From contig CAVXJL010000012.1 in assembly GCA_963762015.1 (NCBI GenBank), positions 214,668 through 278,667 of the forward strand: a DNA stretch of 64,000 nucleotides. Direction: 5' to 3'. Both the position numbers and the translations under genes were made by a program. The stretch is from an uncultured Actinomycetota bacterium (GTDB lineage: Bacteria; Actinomycetota; UBA4738; HRBIN12). Below are positions 52,501-62,273 of the stretch, one piece after another (position 1 is the stretch's first letter; each line of letters opens with the position of its first letter). The notes under the pieces are model-generated. The model saw only the letters and a list, made by a program, of their open reading frames with translations, made no database searches and was not told the origin of the DNA.

Positions 52501-53496
52501 ATGAGCCGCGCGGAAGCCCCCGATACCAGGACGATGAAGATCATCGAGCGGCGGGAACACGAGGGCGCGTGGTGGGGCCGCGACGCAGACGGCGCGTGGT
52601 ACCGCTGGAACGTGGTCTCGAGCGGCTGGGACGGCCCTCTGGCGCCGCCGTGGCCACCGGAGCCTCCCCCGCTCACGCCCGAGGAGGAAGCGATCGTCAG
52701 CGCAGCGATGGCCTCGGCGGCGCCCCCCGAGGGACCACGGATGAACCGGGTCGATAGATGGTGGAACCGGACGTTCCCGCCGTTCTCGAAGAAGCGGCTC
52801 GTGTTCGGACTCGCCGTGCTCCCTGTAATGGCCGGGCTGCAGGAGCTCGTGATCCGATCGATCGGGTGGAAGACCTCGCTCCCCCGGTACCTGTTCGTGT
52901 GCATCGCCGGGGGCATCATGCTCTCGATCGCGTTCCTGCCCGGCATGCGGGAGATGGCGGAACGGCTCCAGTCCGCGAAGGGATCACGGTCGCCGTGGGG
53001 ATGGTCGCGGCGCCGGAAGCAGGCTCCGCAGCCACCGCCCCTCCCGCCGATCGAGACGAACCTCAGGCGTGAGTTCCTGATCGCCCTGCCCTTCGCCTTC
53101 GTGATCGTCCTCGTGATGAGCCTCACGGTGGCCGGGCCCGGCGACACGTTCGCGCCGTCGGCACTCCTGACGAACGCCCTCGCGTCCCTCTTCACCGCCG
53201 CGCTCGTCGCCCTGCGGACCTCCGTGTGGGGACTCGCGCTGTTCTCGATCGCCGGCGGTCTGCTCGGCGGGCTCTTCATGCTGCTACTGAGCGCCATGAC
53301 CTTCAGCGACCCCGGCGGCGACTTCCTGATCGGGTGGGCGATCGGCTCGGTGCTGCTCTTCCTCTACGCCTTCCCGATGTGGCGATGGCTCAGACACCTC
53401 GAAGCGCGCGGCTTCCGCCTGCCGATGTGGCTCGTGATGGGTGGCAGTGTCGTGCTCGTCTCCGGCTCGGCCCTCGTGTTCGTGGCCGAGCACTGA
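52501..53496 (+). CDS. Hypothetical multi-pass membrane protein antisense within the suf operon
   Basis: Trp-rich N-terminus, Pro-rich linker and about 7 TM helices; fills the sufB-sufD gap; start uncertain. Confidence 0.75.
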   Translation: MSRAEAPDTRTMKIIERREHEGAWWGRDADGAWYRWNVVSSGWDGPLAPPWPPEPPPLTPEEEAIVSAAMASAAPPEGPRMNRVDRWWNRTFPPFSKKRLVFGLAVLPVMAGLQELVIRSIGWKTSLPRYLFVCIAGGIMLSIAFLPGMREMAERLQSAKGSRSPWGWSRRRKQAPQPPPLPPIETNLRREFLIALPFAFVIVLVMSLTVAGPGDTFAPSALLTNALASLFTAALVALRTSVWGLALFSIAGGLLGGLFMLLLSAMTFSDPGGDFLIGWAIGSVLLFLYAFPMWRWLRHLEARGFRLPMWLVMGGSVVLVSGSALVFVAEH

Positions 53497-53499
53497 CGG

Positions 53500-54913
53500 C
53501 TAGCCGACCGAGCCCTCCATCTGCAGCTCGATCAGGCGGTTCAGTTCCACCGCGTATTCCATCGGGAGCTCCCGCGTGATGGGCTCGATGAAGCCGTTCA
53601 CGATCATCGCGGTGGCCTCGGCCTCGGAGAGCCCACGGCTCATCAGGTAGAAGAGCTGGTCGTCGCCGACCTTCGAGACGGTGGCCTCGTGGCCCAATGC
53701 CGCCGTCTCGTCTTCGACCTCGATGTAGGGATAGGTGTCGGAGCGGACTTTCATCGTCCAGGATCAACGCGTCGCAGCGCACCGTGGACTTGGCGTGGTG
53801 CGCGTCGGGCTCCACCCGGACGAGGCCGCGGTAGCCGGTTCGTCCCCCGTCCTTGGAAACCGACTTCGAGTTGATCACGCTGGTCGTGTACGGCGCGGCG
53901 TGGATCGCCTTGCCGCCGGCGTCCGTGTGCATGCCCTTGCCGGCGAACGCCACGGACAGCACCTCACCGCGCGCGCCCTTCCCGAGGAGGTAGATCGATG
54001 GGTACTTCATCGTCACCTTGGAGCCGATGTTCCCGTCGATCCACTCCATGACGGCGTCCTCGTAGGCCGCGGCTCGCTTGGTGACCAGGTTGTAGACGTT
54101 GGTCGACCAGTTCTGGATCGTCGTATAGCGGACGCGGGCGCCCTTCTTCGCGACGATCTCCACGACCGCGGAGTGCAGCGAGTCGCTCGTGTAGATCGGC
54201 GCGGAGCAGCCTTCCACGTAGTGTACGTACGAGCCCTCGTCGGCGATGATCAGCGTCCGCTCGAACTGGCCCATGTTCTCGGCGTTGATCCGGAAGTAGG
54301 CCTGCAGCGGGATGTCCACGGCCACGCCGGGCGGCACGTAGATGAACGAGCCACCCGACCACACGGCGGTGTTCAGCGCGGCGAACTTGTTGTCGTTCGG
54401 CGGGATGATCGTCCCGAAGTACTCCTTGACGAGATCCGGGTAGTCGCGGAGCGCGGAGTCCATGTCGGTGAAGATGACACCGATGTCGTCCAGCTCCTTC
54501 TTGATCTTGTGATAGACGACCTCGGACTCGTACTGGGCCGACACGCCGCCCAGGTACTTCTTCTCCGCCTCGGGGATCCCGAGCTTGTCCCAGGTGCCCC
54601 GGATGTCCTCGGGGAGGTCTTCCCAGTTCTGGGCCTGCTTCTCGGTCGACCGGATGAAGTAGTAGATGTTCTTGAAGTCGATGTCCGACAGGTCGGCGCC
54701 CCACCAGGGCATCGGCCGGCTCTCGAAGTGCTTCAGGGCCTTCAGTCGGTACTTGCGCATCCAGTCGGGCTCGGACTTGAGCTCGCTGATCTCCTCGACG
54801 ACCTGGGCAGACAGCCCCCGCTTCGGCTCGAACACCGAGTGGGAGGGGTCCTTCCAGTCGAAACGGTATCCCTTGGAAAGCTCCTCGAGATGCTCTTCCT
54901 GACTGACGACCAT
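53500..54913 (-). CDS. sufB: Fe-S assembly protein SufB, apparent +1 frameshift at 53745-53746
   Basis: [24 protein letters not shown] and KVTMKYP; DES[+C]RSDTYP..HEATVS..YLMSRG. Confidence 0.93.
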
Positions 54914-54960
54914 CTCACTCCCTCGCATCGGCTTCGGCGGTCACCTACAGGGTACCCGTT

Positions 54961-54983
54961 AAGTCTATCCAGCAGGTCGGATT
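54961..54983. promoter_or_regulatory. Second Rrf2/IscR-like operator overlapping the sufB -10
   Basis: AAGTCTAT-N7-GTCGGATT; shares GGTCGGATTCG with the sufD site; minus-strand TAGACT. Confidence 0.55.
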
Positions 54984-55072
54984 CGATCCCCGTCCCGGAT
55001 GGCTCCGCCGGTGAACATCCTTCCAACAGGACCGGATGGTAGCGTCCGCTCGTCAGAGGCAGGGGGGTGCAG

Positions 55073-55744
55073 ATGACCGACGACGAGCGGCGGGTCCAAG
55101 GGCAGGTCGAGCGGGCGGCGGCCTCGGGAGCGTTCGTGGGCGGGGGAACCCTCTTCACGGAGCCGGTGCTCGTGGTCAACCAGAAGACGAAGATCATCGA
55201 GCTGACCAACGAGTACTCGGTGTTCGACGCTGCAGGGAAGCTGCTCGGCGCCGTGCGACAGACGGGTCAGACCACGCTCAAGAAGGCCCTTCGGCTGGTG
55301 TCGTCCGTCGACCAGTTCATGACGCACACGCTGGAAGTCACCGACGCGTCCGGCGCGACGCAGCTCACCCTCACCAGGCCGAGGAAGGTCTTCAAGTCCA
55401 CGATCGTGGTCGCGCGACCTGAAGGGTCCGAGGTGGGCAGGATCGTGCAGGAGAACGTGGTCGGGAAGATCCGTTTCGGCATCGAGGCGAACGGCACGCG
55501 CGTGGGTGGCATCCAGGGCGAGAACTGGAGAGCCTGGAACTTCTCGATCACGGACGACTCGGGCGCGGAGATCGGCCGGATCACCAAGACCTGGGAGGGG
55601 TTGGCGAGGACCGCCTTCACGACCGCGGATCACTACGTGGTGCAGATCCACAGGCAGCTGGATGACCCGCTGCGATCGCTGGTCGTCGCCTCGGCACTCT
55701 GCGTGGACACGGCGCTCAAGCAAGACAAGCGCGGGTTCAACTAG
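55073..55744 (+). CDS. Scramblase/LURP-one-related protein
   Basis: LVVNQK..IELTNEY, ENWRAWNF, ITKTWEG and FTTAD.YVV. Confidence 0.82.
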   Translation: MTDDERRVQGQVERAAASGAFVGGGTLFTEPVLVVNQKTKIIELTNEYSVFDAAGKLLGAVRQTGQTTLKKALRLVSSVDQFMTHTLEVTDASGATQLTLTRPRKVFKSTIVVARPEGSEVGRIVQENVVGKIRFGIEANGTRVGGIQGENWRAWNFSITDDSGAEIGRITKTWEGLARTAFTTADHYVVQIHRQLDDPLRSLVVASALCVDTALKQDKRGFN

Positions 55745-56244
55745 ACGGCCGGTTCGACCTCGCGCAGCTCACCGGTACGCACGTCGTAGACGTACCCGGA
55801 GACGGTGATGTCCTCGGGCAGGGCCTTCACGCCGCGGAGCCGTGCCACGTCCTCGCGCACGCTCTCATCCACGTCGGAGAACGAGAGGTACTCATGGCCG
55901 CTCACGTCCACCCCCGTCGCTTCGCGGATCTTCTCGTGTAAGACGTCGTCGGTGAACTTCGTCATCCCGCAATCGGTGTGCTGGATCACGACGTACTCCC
56001 GTGTCCCGAGGAGCCAGCTCGAGACCGTCGCGGATCGGATCGCGTCGTCCGTCACGCGGCCACCCGCGTTCCGGAAGACGTTGGCCTCGCCGATCTCGAG
56101 ACCGAGCATCTGGATCGGGTCGATCCGAGCGTCGATGCACGTGAGCACCACGACGCCTCGGGAAGGCGGGGCCTCCAGATCTCCCCGGTCGAACGACTCC
56201 GCGTACGCCTTGTTCGCCTCGAGGAGCTTAGGAACTTCAGCCAC
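55741..56244 (-). CDS. Beta-class carbonic anhydrase
   Basis: CIDAR, RNAGG and HTDCG. Confidence 0.9.
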   Translation of the reverse strand: MAEVPKLLEANKAYAESFDRGDLEAPPSRGVVVLTCIDARIDPIQMLGLEIGEANVFRNAGGRVTDDAIRSATVSSWLLGTREYVVIQHTDCGMTKFTDDVLHEKIREATGVDVSGHEYLSFSDVDESVREDVARLRGVKALPEDITVSGYVYDVRTGELREVEPAV

Positions 56245-56295
56245 GTCTCGGTTCTCCGACGCGTGCGTATCGTGGAGGTGCCTGTGGTGCTCGAC

Positions 56296-57141
56296 TCAAC
56301 CGAGCTCCACCGGCGCTCCCACGAGCGAGCCGTACTCGGTCCACGAGCCGTCGTAGTTCTTGACGTTCTCGAAGCCGAGCAGCTCCTGCAGCGCGAACCA
56401 GGTGTGTGAGGAGCGCTCGCCGATCCGGCAGTATGCGATCACCTCACCGTCTCCGGTGACCCCTTCGGCCGCGTACAGCTCGCGGAGTTCGTCGGCGGAC
56501 TTGAACGTGCCGTCCTCGTTCGCCGCCTTCGCCCACGGGATGTTGGCCGCTCCCTTGATGTGGCCGGGCACCTGCGCCTGCTCCTGGGGCAGATGGTCCG
56601 GCGCGAGCTTCTCGCCCCGGAATTCTTCGGGCGAGCGGACGTCGACGAAGCCGATGCCCGACTCCACCTTCGAAAGCACCTCGTCCCGCAGCGCCCGGAT
56701 CTCGGGTCGCTCCGACCCAGTGATCGAGAACCCGGTCGCCTGGTACGAGGGCGCGTCCTGCGTCAGCTCGCGACTCTCGAGCTCCCACTTCTTGCGACCG
56801 CCGTCGAGCAGCTTCACGTTGTCGAAGCCGCGCAGCTTCAGGAGCCAGTACGCGTAGGCCGCGAACCAGTTGTTGTTGCCGCCGTACAAGACGACCGTCG
56901 TGTCCGGACCGACGCCCGCGTTCGACAGCAGCTCCGAGAACCCCGCCTGGTCTCGATAGTCGCGGCCCACCTTCGAATGCAGATCCGTCGTCCAGTTCCA
57001 CCCGACGGCGCCTCGGACGTGTCCCTTCTCGTAGGCCTCGGTGTCCTCGTCCACCTCGATCGCCCGCACCGCGGGATCGTCGAGGTGCTCCTCCAGCCAA
57101 TCCGTGCTCACGAGCACGTCGGGCTTCGCGTACTCAGCCAT
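56296..57141 (-). CDS. Tandem-rhodanese sulfurtransferase (CysA/SseA-like)
   Basis: YGGNNNWFAAY, YCRIGERS and YDGSWTEY; GGAGG RBS. Confidence 0.92.
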   Translation of the reverse strand: MAEYAKPDVLVSTDWLEEHLDDPAVRAIEVDEDTEAYEKGHVRGAVGWNWTTDLHSKVGRDYRDQAGFSELLSNAGVGPDTTVVLYGGNNNWFAAYAYWLLKLRGFDNVKLLDGGRKKWELESRELTQDAPSYQATGFSITGSERPEIRALRDEVLSKVESGIGFVDVRSPEEFRGEKLAPDHLPQEQAQVPGHIKGAANIPWAKAANEDGTFKSADELRELYAAEGVTGDGEVIAYCRIGERSSHTWFALQELLGFENVKNYDGSWTEYGSLVGAPVELG

Positions 57142-57215
57142 GGGTGACTCCTCCCTCTCGGTCGAGAAGATCAGATGCAACGAGTATCCCACCCGCTGAG
57201 GAGCGTCAAGGCGCT

Positions 57216-57242
57216 TCAGGGTCCCCCCTGGGTCGCCGATTG
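57216..57242 (+). promoter_or_regulatory. Sigma28/WhiG-like promoter inside a 10-bp inverted repeat (57214-57251)
   Basis: TCAG-N15-GCCGATTG; arms CTTCAGGGTC / GACCCTGAAG. Confidence 0.45.
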
Positions 57243-57272
57243 ACCCTGAAGAGACCATCCGGGAGGAGCTGC

Positions 57273-58547
57273 GTGTCCGGACCGCACGAGGAGAACAGCA
57301 ACCGGCTCTTCATCGTGGCCGCTGCCGGGGCCGATATGGCACGCGAACCGGATCGCGTACCCGCGATCGCCGTGCGGGCCGCGATGGATCTCGGCTGCGC
57401 CGGTGTGTCGTTCCGGGTCCTCGACGACCGACAGATCACCCATCGAACGCTGGAGACCGCCGGCCTCGCCGAGGACCCCGAGGATCCGTCATCACTCTCG
57501 GCCGCGATGGCGGACCTCGTGCTGCAACGAGGCGAGACCGTCGTCGCGCGTTCGATGGCGCAGGACGGTGGAGTTCCTCTCCCCTCACCGAGCGGCGACT
57601 TCGTCGCCGGGATCGCGAGCCCGATCTGGATCGATGGGTGGATCGCCGCCGTGCTCGTCGGGGTCGTGAGGGCCGATCCGCGGTTGACGCCAGACACGGT
57701 CGTGGCGTTCGGGCTCCTCGCATCGCAGGCCGGCCTCACCCTGGACAATGCGCAGCGCATCGAGGAAGGACGGCAGGCGGCCGGGCGTCTCGAACAAGGA
57801 GACCGGCTCAAGACCGAGTTCCTCACGACGATCTCCCACGAGATGCGTACCCCCCTCACCGTCTTGATGGGGAACGGGCTCATGCTCGAGCGGTCGTGGG
57901 GTGAGCTCGACGAGGAGAGCCGGCTCGAGCTGCTCGCGGGGATGAACACCAACGTTCGGATCCTCGACGGCATGCTCACCAACTTGCTCGACTACGCGCG
58001 GCTGGAGGCGGGCGAACTCTGGGTGAGCTTCGAGCCCTTCGACGTCTCGGGGATGCTGCGAGCGGCGTGTGAGCGGGGCAAGGGCGTGATCGGTGACCGT
58101 CACATCAGGACCGAGATCGAGGAGGACCTGCTCGCGAGTGGCGACACGGTGCTGATCCGCCGCATCGTCGCTCAACTGCTGGAGAACGCCGCCGTACACA
58201 CTCCGGCGGGAACCACGATCACCGTGTCCTGCTATCGCCGTGGCGATGAGGTCGTGGTCGAGATCGTCGACGACGGCCCTGGCATCGCGGAACGCGATCT
58301 CCCCTTCCTGGGTGAGCGCTTCTTCCGTGCCGGGGACGTGAACGCCAGGCCGAAGGGCCTGGGGCTTGGGCTCGCCCTCGCGCTGGGCATCCTTGATCTT
58401 CACGGGAGCACGCTCGACGTCGAGAACGGTGCCGAAGGGGGGACCAGGTTCTCGTTCTCCCTTCCGCAGGCACCCGACCCGTCCAGGTCGCTCTTCCCGG
58501 ACGCGGCGAGCCAGGGCGCCTACGCTCCCGACCATGGCCGGGCCTGA
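57273..58547 (+). CDS. Cytoplasmic GAF-domain sensor histidine kinase
   Basis: SHEMRTPL, LLENA, DDGPGI and GLGLGL; GGAGG before GTG. Confidence 0.88.
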   Translation: MSGPHEENSNRLFIVAAAGADMAREPDRVPAIAVRAAMDLGCAGVSFRVLDDRQITHRTLETAGLAEDPEDPSSLSAAMADLVLQRGETVVARSMAQDGGVPLPSPSGDFVAGIASPIWIDGWIAAVLVGVVRADPRLTPDTVVAFGLLASQAGLTLDNAQRIEEGRQAAGRLEQGDRLKTEFLTTISHEMRTPLTVLMGNGLMLERSWGELDEESRLELLAGMNTNVRILDGMLTNLLDYARLEAGELWVSFEPFDVSGMLRAACERGKGVIGDRHIRTEIEEDLLASGDTVLIRRIVAQLLENAAVHTPAGTTITVSCYRRGDEVVVEIVDDGPGIAERDLPFLGERFFRAGDVNARPKGLGLGLALALGILDLHGSTLDVENGAEGGTRFSFSLPQAPDPSRSLFPDAASQGAYAPDHGRA

Positions 58548-59115
58548 GGTCGGCGACCGCGCCCCCGACGCGCTCCTCACCGACCTCGAACGCACGGAGG
58601 TTCGACTTTCTTCGCTCTGGAAGGAGCGGCCCGCCGTGGTGGTCTTCCTCCGCTACTTCGGGTGCCCTTTCTGCCAGACGCAGGTCGTCACCCTCCGGAA
58701 CGAACACGAACGGATCCGGCGCTCCGGGGCCGACGTCGGGCTCGTTGGGCACGGCGATCCGGAAGCGGCGATCGAGTTCGCATCCTCGAAGGGGTTGCCG
58801 TTCCCGCTCCTGTTGGATCGGGACCGGGGTACCTACCGGGCGTACGGGCTCGTGCAGGGGAAGGCGATGCAGGTGCTGAGTCCACGGGTCGCTCTGCCCT
58901 GGATCACGGCAGAGCTGTCCTCGGAGACGCGCCAGCGGGGTCTCAAGGGCGGCAACTTCCTCCAGATGCCCGGCACCTTCGTCGTGGACACCGGCGGCCT
59001 GGTCCGGGCTCGTGGCGGCACAGTCCGAATGGCTCACCGGAATCGGCACTTCGCGGACGCGCCGGCGATCGACCGACTCCTCGACGCCTTGGGCACAGCC
59101 GAACGATCGCTCTAG
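58534..59115 (+). CDS. Peroxiredoxin-like (AhpC/TSA_2) thioredoxin-fold protein
   Basis: GDRAPD, FLRYFGCPFC and QMPGTFVVD. Confidence 0.85.
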   Translation: MAGPEVGDRAPDALLTDLERTEVRLSSLWKERPAVVVFLRYFGCPFCQTQVVTLRNEHERIRRSGADVGLVGHGDPEAAIEFASSKGLPFPLLLDRDRGTYRAYGLVQGKAMQVLSPRVALPWITAELSSETRQRGLKGGNFLQMPGTFVVDTGGLVRARGGTVRMAHRNRHFADAPAIDRLLDALGTAERSL

Positions 59116-59528
59116 AACATCCCCAGGGCGGCCTTGGCCTCGTCCGACATCATCTCGGGCGTCCATGCCGGGCGGAGCACCATCTCGGGCCTGACCTCGC
59201 CGACGCCGGGCACCGGAGCCAGGAACGCGCGCATCTGGTCCTCGATGAGCGGGCCGATCGGGCAGCCCATCGTCGTCAGCGTGTATCGGATGTCCACGTC
59301 GCCGTCTTCGGCGACGTCGACCTCGTAGACGAGACCGAGATCGACGATGTTGATCCCCAACTCCGGATCGATGACGCTCTTCAAGGCCTCGAGCACTTCG
59401 TCCTCAGACGGCGCCTCTCCGTTCGACGGCACGGACGCACCTGTCGCGGGCACGGACGCACCCGCTACGGGTTCGACGGGCGCCGGCGCCTCATGCGTTT
59501 GCGGTATCACGGTTTCGCTCTCAGGCAT
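59112..59528 (-). CDS. sufT: DUF59/SufT metal-sulfur cluster assembly factor
   Basis: VIDPELGINIVDLGLVY, TLTTMGCP and PAWTPE. Confidence 0.9.
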   Translation of the reverse strand: MPESETVIPQTHEAPAPVEPVAGASVPATGASVPSNGEAPSEDEVLEALKSVIDPELGINIVDLGLVYEVDVAEDGDVDIRYTLTTMGCPIGPLIEDQMRAFLAPVPGVGEVRPEMVLRPAWTPEMMSDEAKAALGMF

Positions 59529-59614
59529 GCATACCTCGCTTCAGATCCGAACTATCCTTAGCACCACACACACTACCGCCCTGAACCTCGAAGGCACATG
59601 AGAAGGAGCGCTCC

Positions 59615-60265
59615 TTGGCGACGGCTCCGATCCGGGCACTCATCGTGGACGACCACCCGGTCACTCGGGAGGGTCTGCGTACAGCGCTCGCGATGTCCGA
59701 CGACGCGGTCGAGGTCGTCGGCGAGGCCGCGAGCGGCGAGGAAGCCATTGTGGCCGCCAAAGAGCTCTCCCCCGACGTCGTTTTCATGGACGTCCGGATG
59801 CCCGGGATGGACGGGATCGAGGCCACCCGCCGCATCCGCGAGGCGGCTCCCGAGACCCGGGTCATCCTGATCACGATCGACGAGTCGCGGGGCGCGATCT
59901 CGGAGGCGATCCAGGCGGGGGTCTCGGGATACCTCTTGAAGGACGCGTCGCCGGATGCGCTCGTCGACGCGGCCCGCAACGCCGTCGAGGGGAACGCCGT
60001 CATCCACCCGCAGCTCACCAAGACGTTCATCGAGGAGGTCCATCTCGCCGAGAGCGGCGGTCCGAAGTCCACACCGCTTTCGAAGCGCGAGCGGGAGATC
60101 CTCCAGAAAGTGGCCGACGGCGCCACCACGAGGCTGGTCGCGAGCGACCTGGGGATCTCGCCCCACACGGTCAAGACCCATCTCGAGCGGATCTTCGAGA
60201 AGCTCGGGGCCAAGGATCGCGCTCAGGCGGTGGCGATCGCCATCCGTATGGGCATCGTCCACTGA
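59615..60265 (+). CDS. NarL/LuxR-family response regulator
   Basis: IVDDH, MDVRMPGMDG, GYLLK and LuxR HTH. Confidence 0.93.
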   Translation: MATAPIRALIVDDHPVTREGLRTALAMSDDAVEVVGEAASGEEAIVAAKELSPDVVFMDVRMPGMDGIEATRRIREAAPETRVILITIDESRGAISEAIQAGVSGYLLKDASPDALVDAARNAVEGNAVIHPQLTKTFIEEVHLAESGGPKSTPLSKREREILQKVADGATTRLVASDLGISPHTVKTHLERIFEKLGAKDRAQAVAIAIRMGIVH

Positions 60266-60275
60266 CCAGCCCACC

Positions 60276-60302
60276 TCAACCACCCCCCCGAAGCGCCGAT
60301 AC
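60276..60302 (+). promoter_or_regulatory. Sigma28/WhiG-like promoter
   Basis: TCAA-N15-GCCGATAC, 8 nt before the ATG. Confidence 0.55.
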
Positions 60303-60310
60303 CCCTGAAG

Positions 60311-61504
60311 ATGCCCACCACCGTGTTGCTCTGCGACACGCCCGACGAGGTCGCCCGCTTCCAGTACCACCTGCTGCGGGAGCACGATCTCGAGGTCGAG
60401 GTCACGACCGATGCCTTCCGAGGCGTCGAGGCGGCTGTGCGCTCACGGCCGGACGTGATCGTCTCCGAGCTGACCCTCGAGGGGCTGGGTGGCGCGGAGC
60501 TCGTGAAACGATTCCTCGCGTCCTCCCCGAGCTCTCGGTTCGTCGCGCACACCGTCGTCCGCGATCCCGTGCGGGTGACGGAGGTTCTTGCCGCAGGCGC
60601 TTCCGGGTACGTGCTGAAAGAGGATCCGATCGAGGACTTCATCCGGGCGATCCGAGCGGCGTCCACCGGCGCAGTGACGCTGTCGGGACAGGTGGCCGGG
60701 CTGCTCTCCACCGAACTCGCGCGAGCGGTGAGCCGCTCGCGGGAGCTCGAGGCCCAGGTGCTCACCGTTCGCGACGATGTCGCGAAGGGCTCGACCGCGA
60801 AGGCCGACTTCCTCGCCAACATCTCTCACGAGCTCCGGACGCCGGTCACCGTGGCCAAGGGCATCGCCTACGTGTTGAAGAACCCGGCGGTCCCCGACGA
60901 GGAGAAGACAGAATTCCTCGATCAGCTCACGGGCTCGCTCGACAAGCTGATGGGGATCGTGGACGAGCTGATCACGCTCTCCGAGCTTGAGCGCGGCACG
61001 TTCGAGCTCAGTCTCGTGGAAACGGACCTCGCACCACTGGTGCGGCACGCACTGGACGAAGTTCGGATGCGCTACCCGGGGATCCCCATCGCCGCAGAGG
61101 TGGCCGACGGCCTGATCTGCGTCGCCGATGGGCCGAGGCTCGGGTCGGTGGTCCGCGAACTGCTGGACAACGCCTGCCGGTACTCGCCGTTCGGCCGTGC
61201 CGTGGAGCTGGTGGCCAGGGACCTCGTCGAAGGCGTGACCGTGATGGTGACGGACCGAGGCGAGGGCATGGACCGTGCGGTCGCCACCCGGGCATTCGAA
61301 CAGCCCTTCTCCACGGGGGAAGGGGTCCTGCACAAGGAGAAGTCCGGCGTCGGCACCGGCCTTCACCTGGCGCGGCAATTGGTCGTCGAGCACGGCGGGA
61401 TCATGTGGGTCGACCCGCTGCCGGGCGGCGGCACGCGAGCGTCCTTCTGCATCCCCCACCGTCGTGGTGAACGCCTCGAAGCTCCCCCGGCCGGCGCTGC
61501 CTGA
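60311..61504 (+). CDS. Hybrid (pseudo)receiver-histidine kinase
   Basis: N-terminal REC-like domain, SHELRTP, LLDNA, DRGEG and GTGL. Confidence 0.88.
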   Translation: MPTTVLLCDTPDEVARFQYHLLREHDLEVEVTTDAFRGVEAAVRSRPDVIVSELTLEGLGGAELVKRFLASSPSSRFVAHTVVRDPVRVTEVLAAGASGYVLKEDPIEDFIRAIRAASTGAVTLSGQVAGLLSTELARAVSRSRELEAQVLTVRDDVAKGSTAKADFLANISHELRTPVTVAKGIAYVLKNPAVPDEEKTEFLDQLTGSLDKLMGIVDELITLSELERGTFELSLVETDLAPLVRHALDEVRMRYPGIPIAAEVADGLICVADGPRLGSVVRELLDNACRYSPFGRAVELVARDLVEGVTVMVTDRGEGMDRAVATRAFEQPFSTGEGVLHKEKSGVGTGLHLARQLVVEHGGIMWVDPLPGGGTRASFCIPHRRGERLEAPPAGAA

Positions 61505-61565
61505 GTATCCGGTCCCCCGTTGGACCTACGGAGGGCCTGGGAAGTATCCTGAAGTCTGAGGACCG

Positions 61566-62273
61566 GTGCGGGTGCGAAGACTCCTCCTCGGGATGGTGGC
61601 CGTCGTCGGCGTGTCCGCATGCTCCCCCGCCTCGTCGGCACCTGCCCCCCACTCGGAGCTGATGCTTTCTGCATCACCGACCCCATTCACCCTGGTGACG
61701 GCCGGTCAGGTCCAGGGCGCCGTTCCGGACCATTGGCACGCCTCCCTGGCCGATCCAGACCTCGGGATCCGGGGTGGTTTCGTGGCCTCGCCTCGGATCG
61801 GAGGCTGGCCCGACATCGACGGGAACTCGGTCGGGATGTCCGCGACATGGGTCGACGCCACCCAGGTCGGCGTCCCCTCGGACTTCTACTACTTGGCGGC
61901 GAACGGCCCGCTCCTCTCGCGCCTCACCACGTCCGCGGATTGTCGCGAGCGGTCCCATCACGTCTATCTCGATCGCCGGCCGACGTTCGATGTGCGCCGC
62001 CACTCGCCGGGACACTTCATGGCGAAGGGGGCGGGGGTTTGCCGGCGAGGCACGCAGGCCACTCGATATGCGTACTTCGTCGCCGCCCCTGGATTCGGCC
62101 CCGTCCGCGAGATGGGGATCCCCAGCAGCGGCCTCTACGTGGTGGTAGCGGTGGTTCCCGCCGAGCGTGGGGCTCGGGGCCTCTTACAGCAGCTGATCGG
62201 CCGGACCCGTTTCGGACAAGACGGGATCCGCGACTTCGTGGCGGTCGCGCGCTCCGCCGCCCAGACCGACTAG
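61566..62273 (+). CDS. Hypothetical lipoprotein
   Basis: Signal peptide with VSAC lipobox. Confidence 0.7.
   Translation: MRVRRLLLGMVAVVGVSACSPASSAPAPHSELMLSASPTPFTLVTAGQVQGAVPDHWHASLADPDLGIRGGFVASPRIGGWPDIDGNSVGMSATWVDATQVGVPSDFYYLAANGPLLSRLTTSADCRERSHHVYLDRRPTFDVRRHSPGHFMAKGAGVCRRGTQATRYAYFVAAPGFGPVREMGIPSSGLYVVVAVVPAERGARGLLQQLIGRTRFGQDGIRDFVAVARSAAQTD

Noticed and set aside
54975-54996. GGATTCGATCCCC resembling a tRNA T-arm
   Set aside because: No cloverleaf or acceptor stem; better explained as the suf operator shared with 52458-52482
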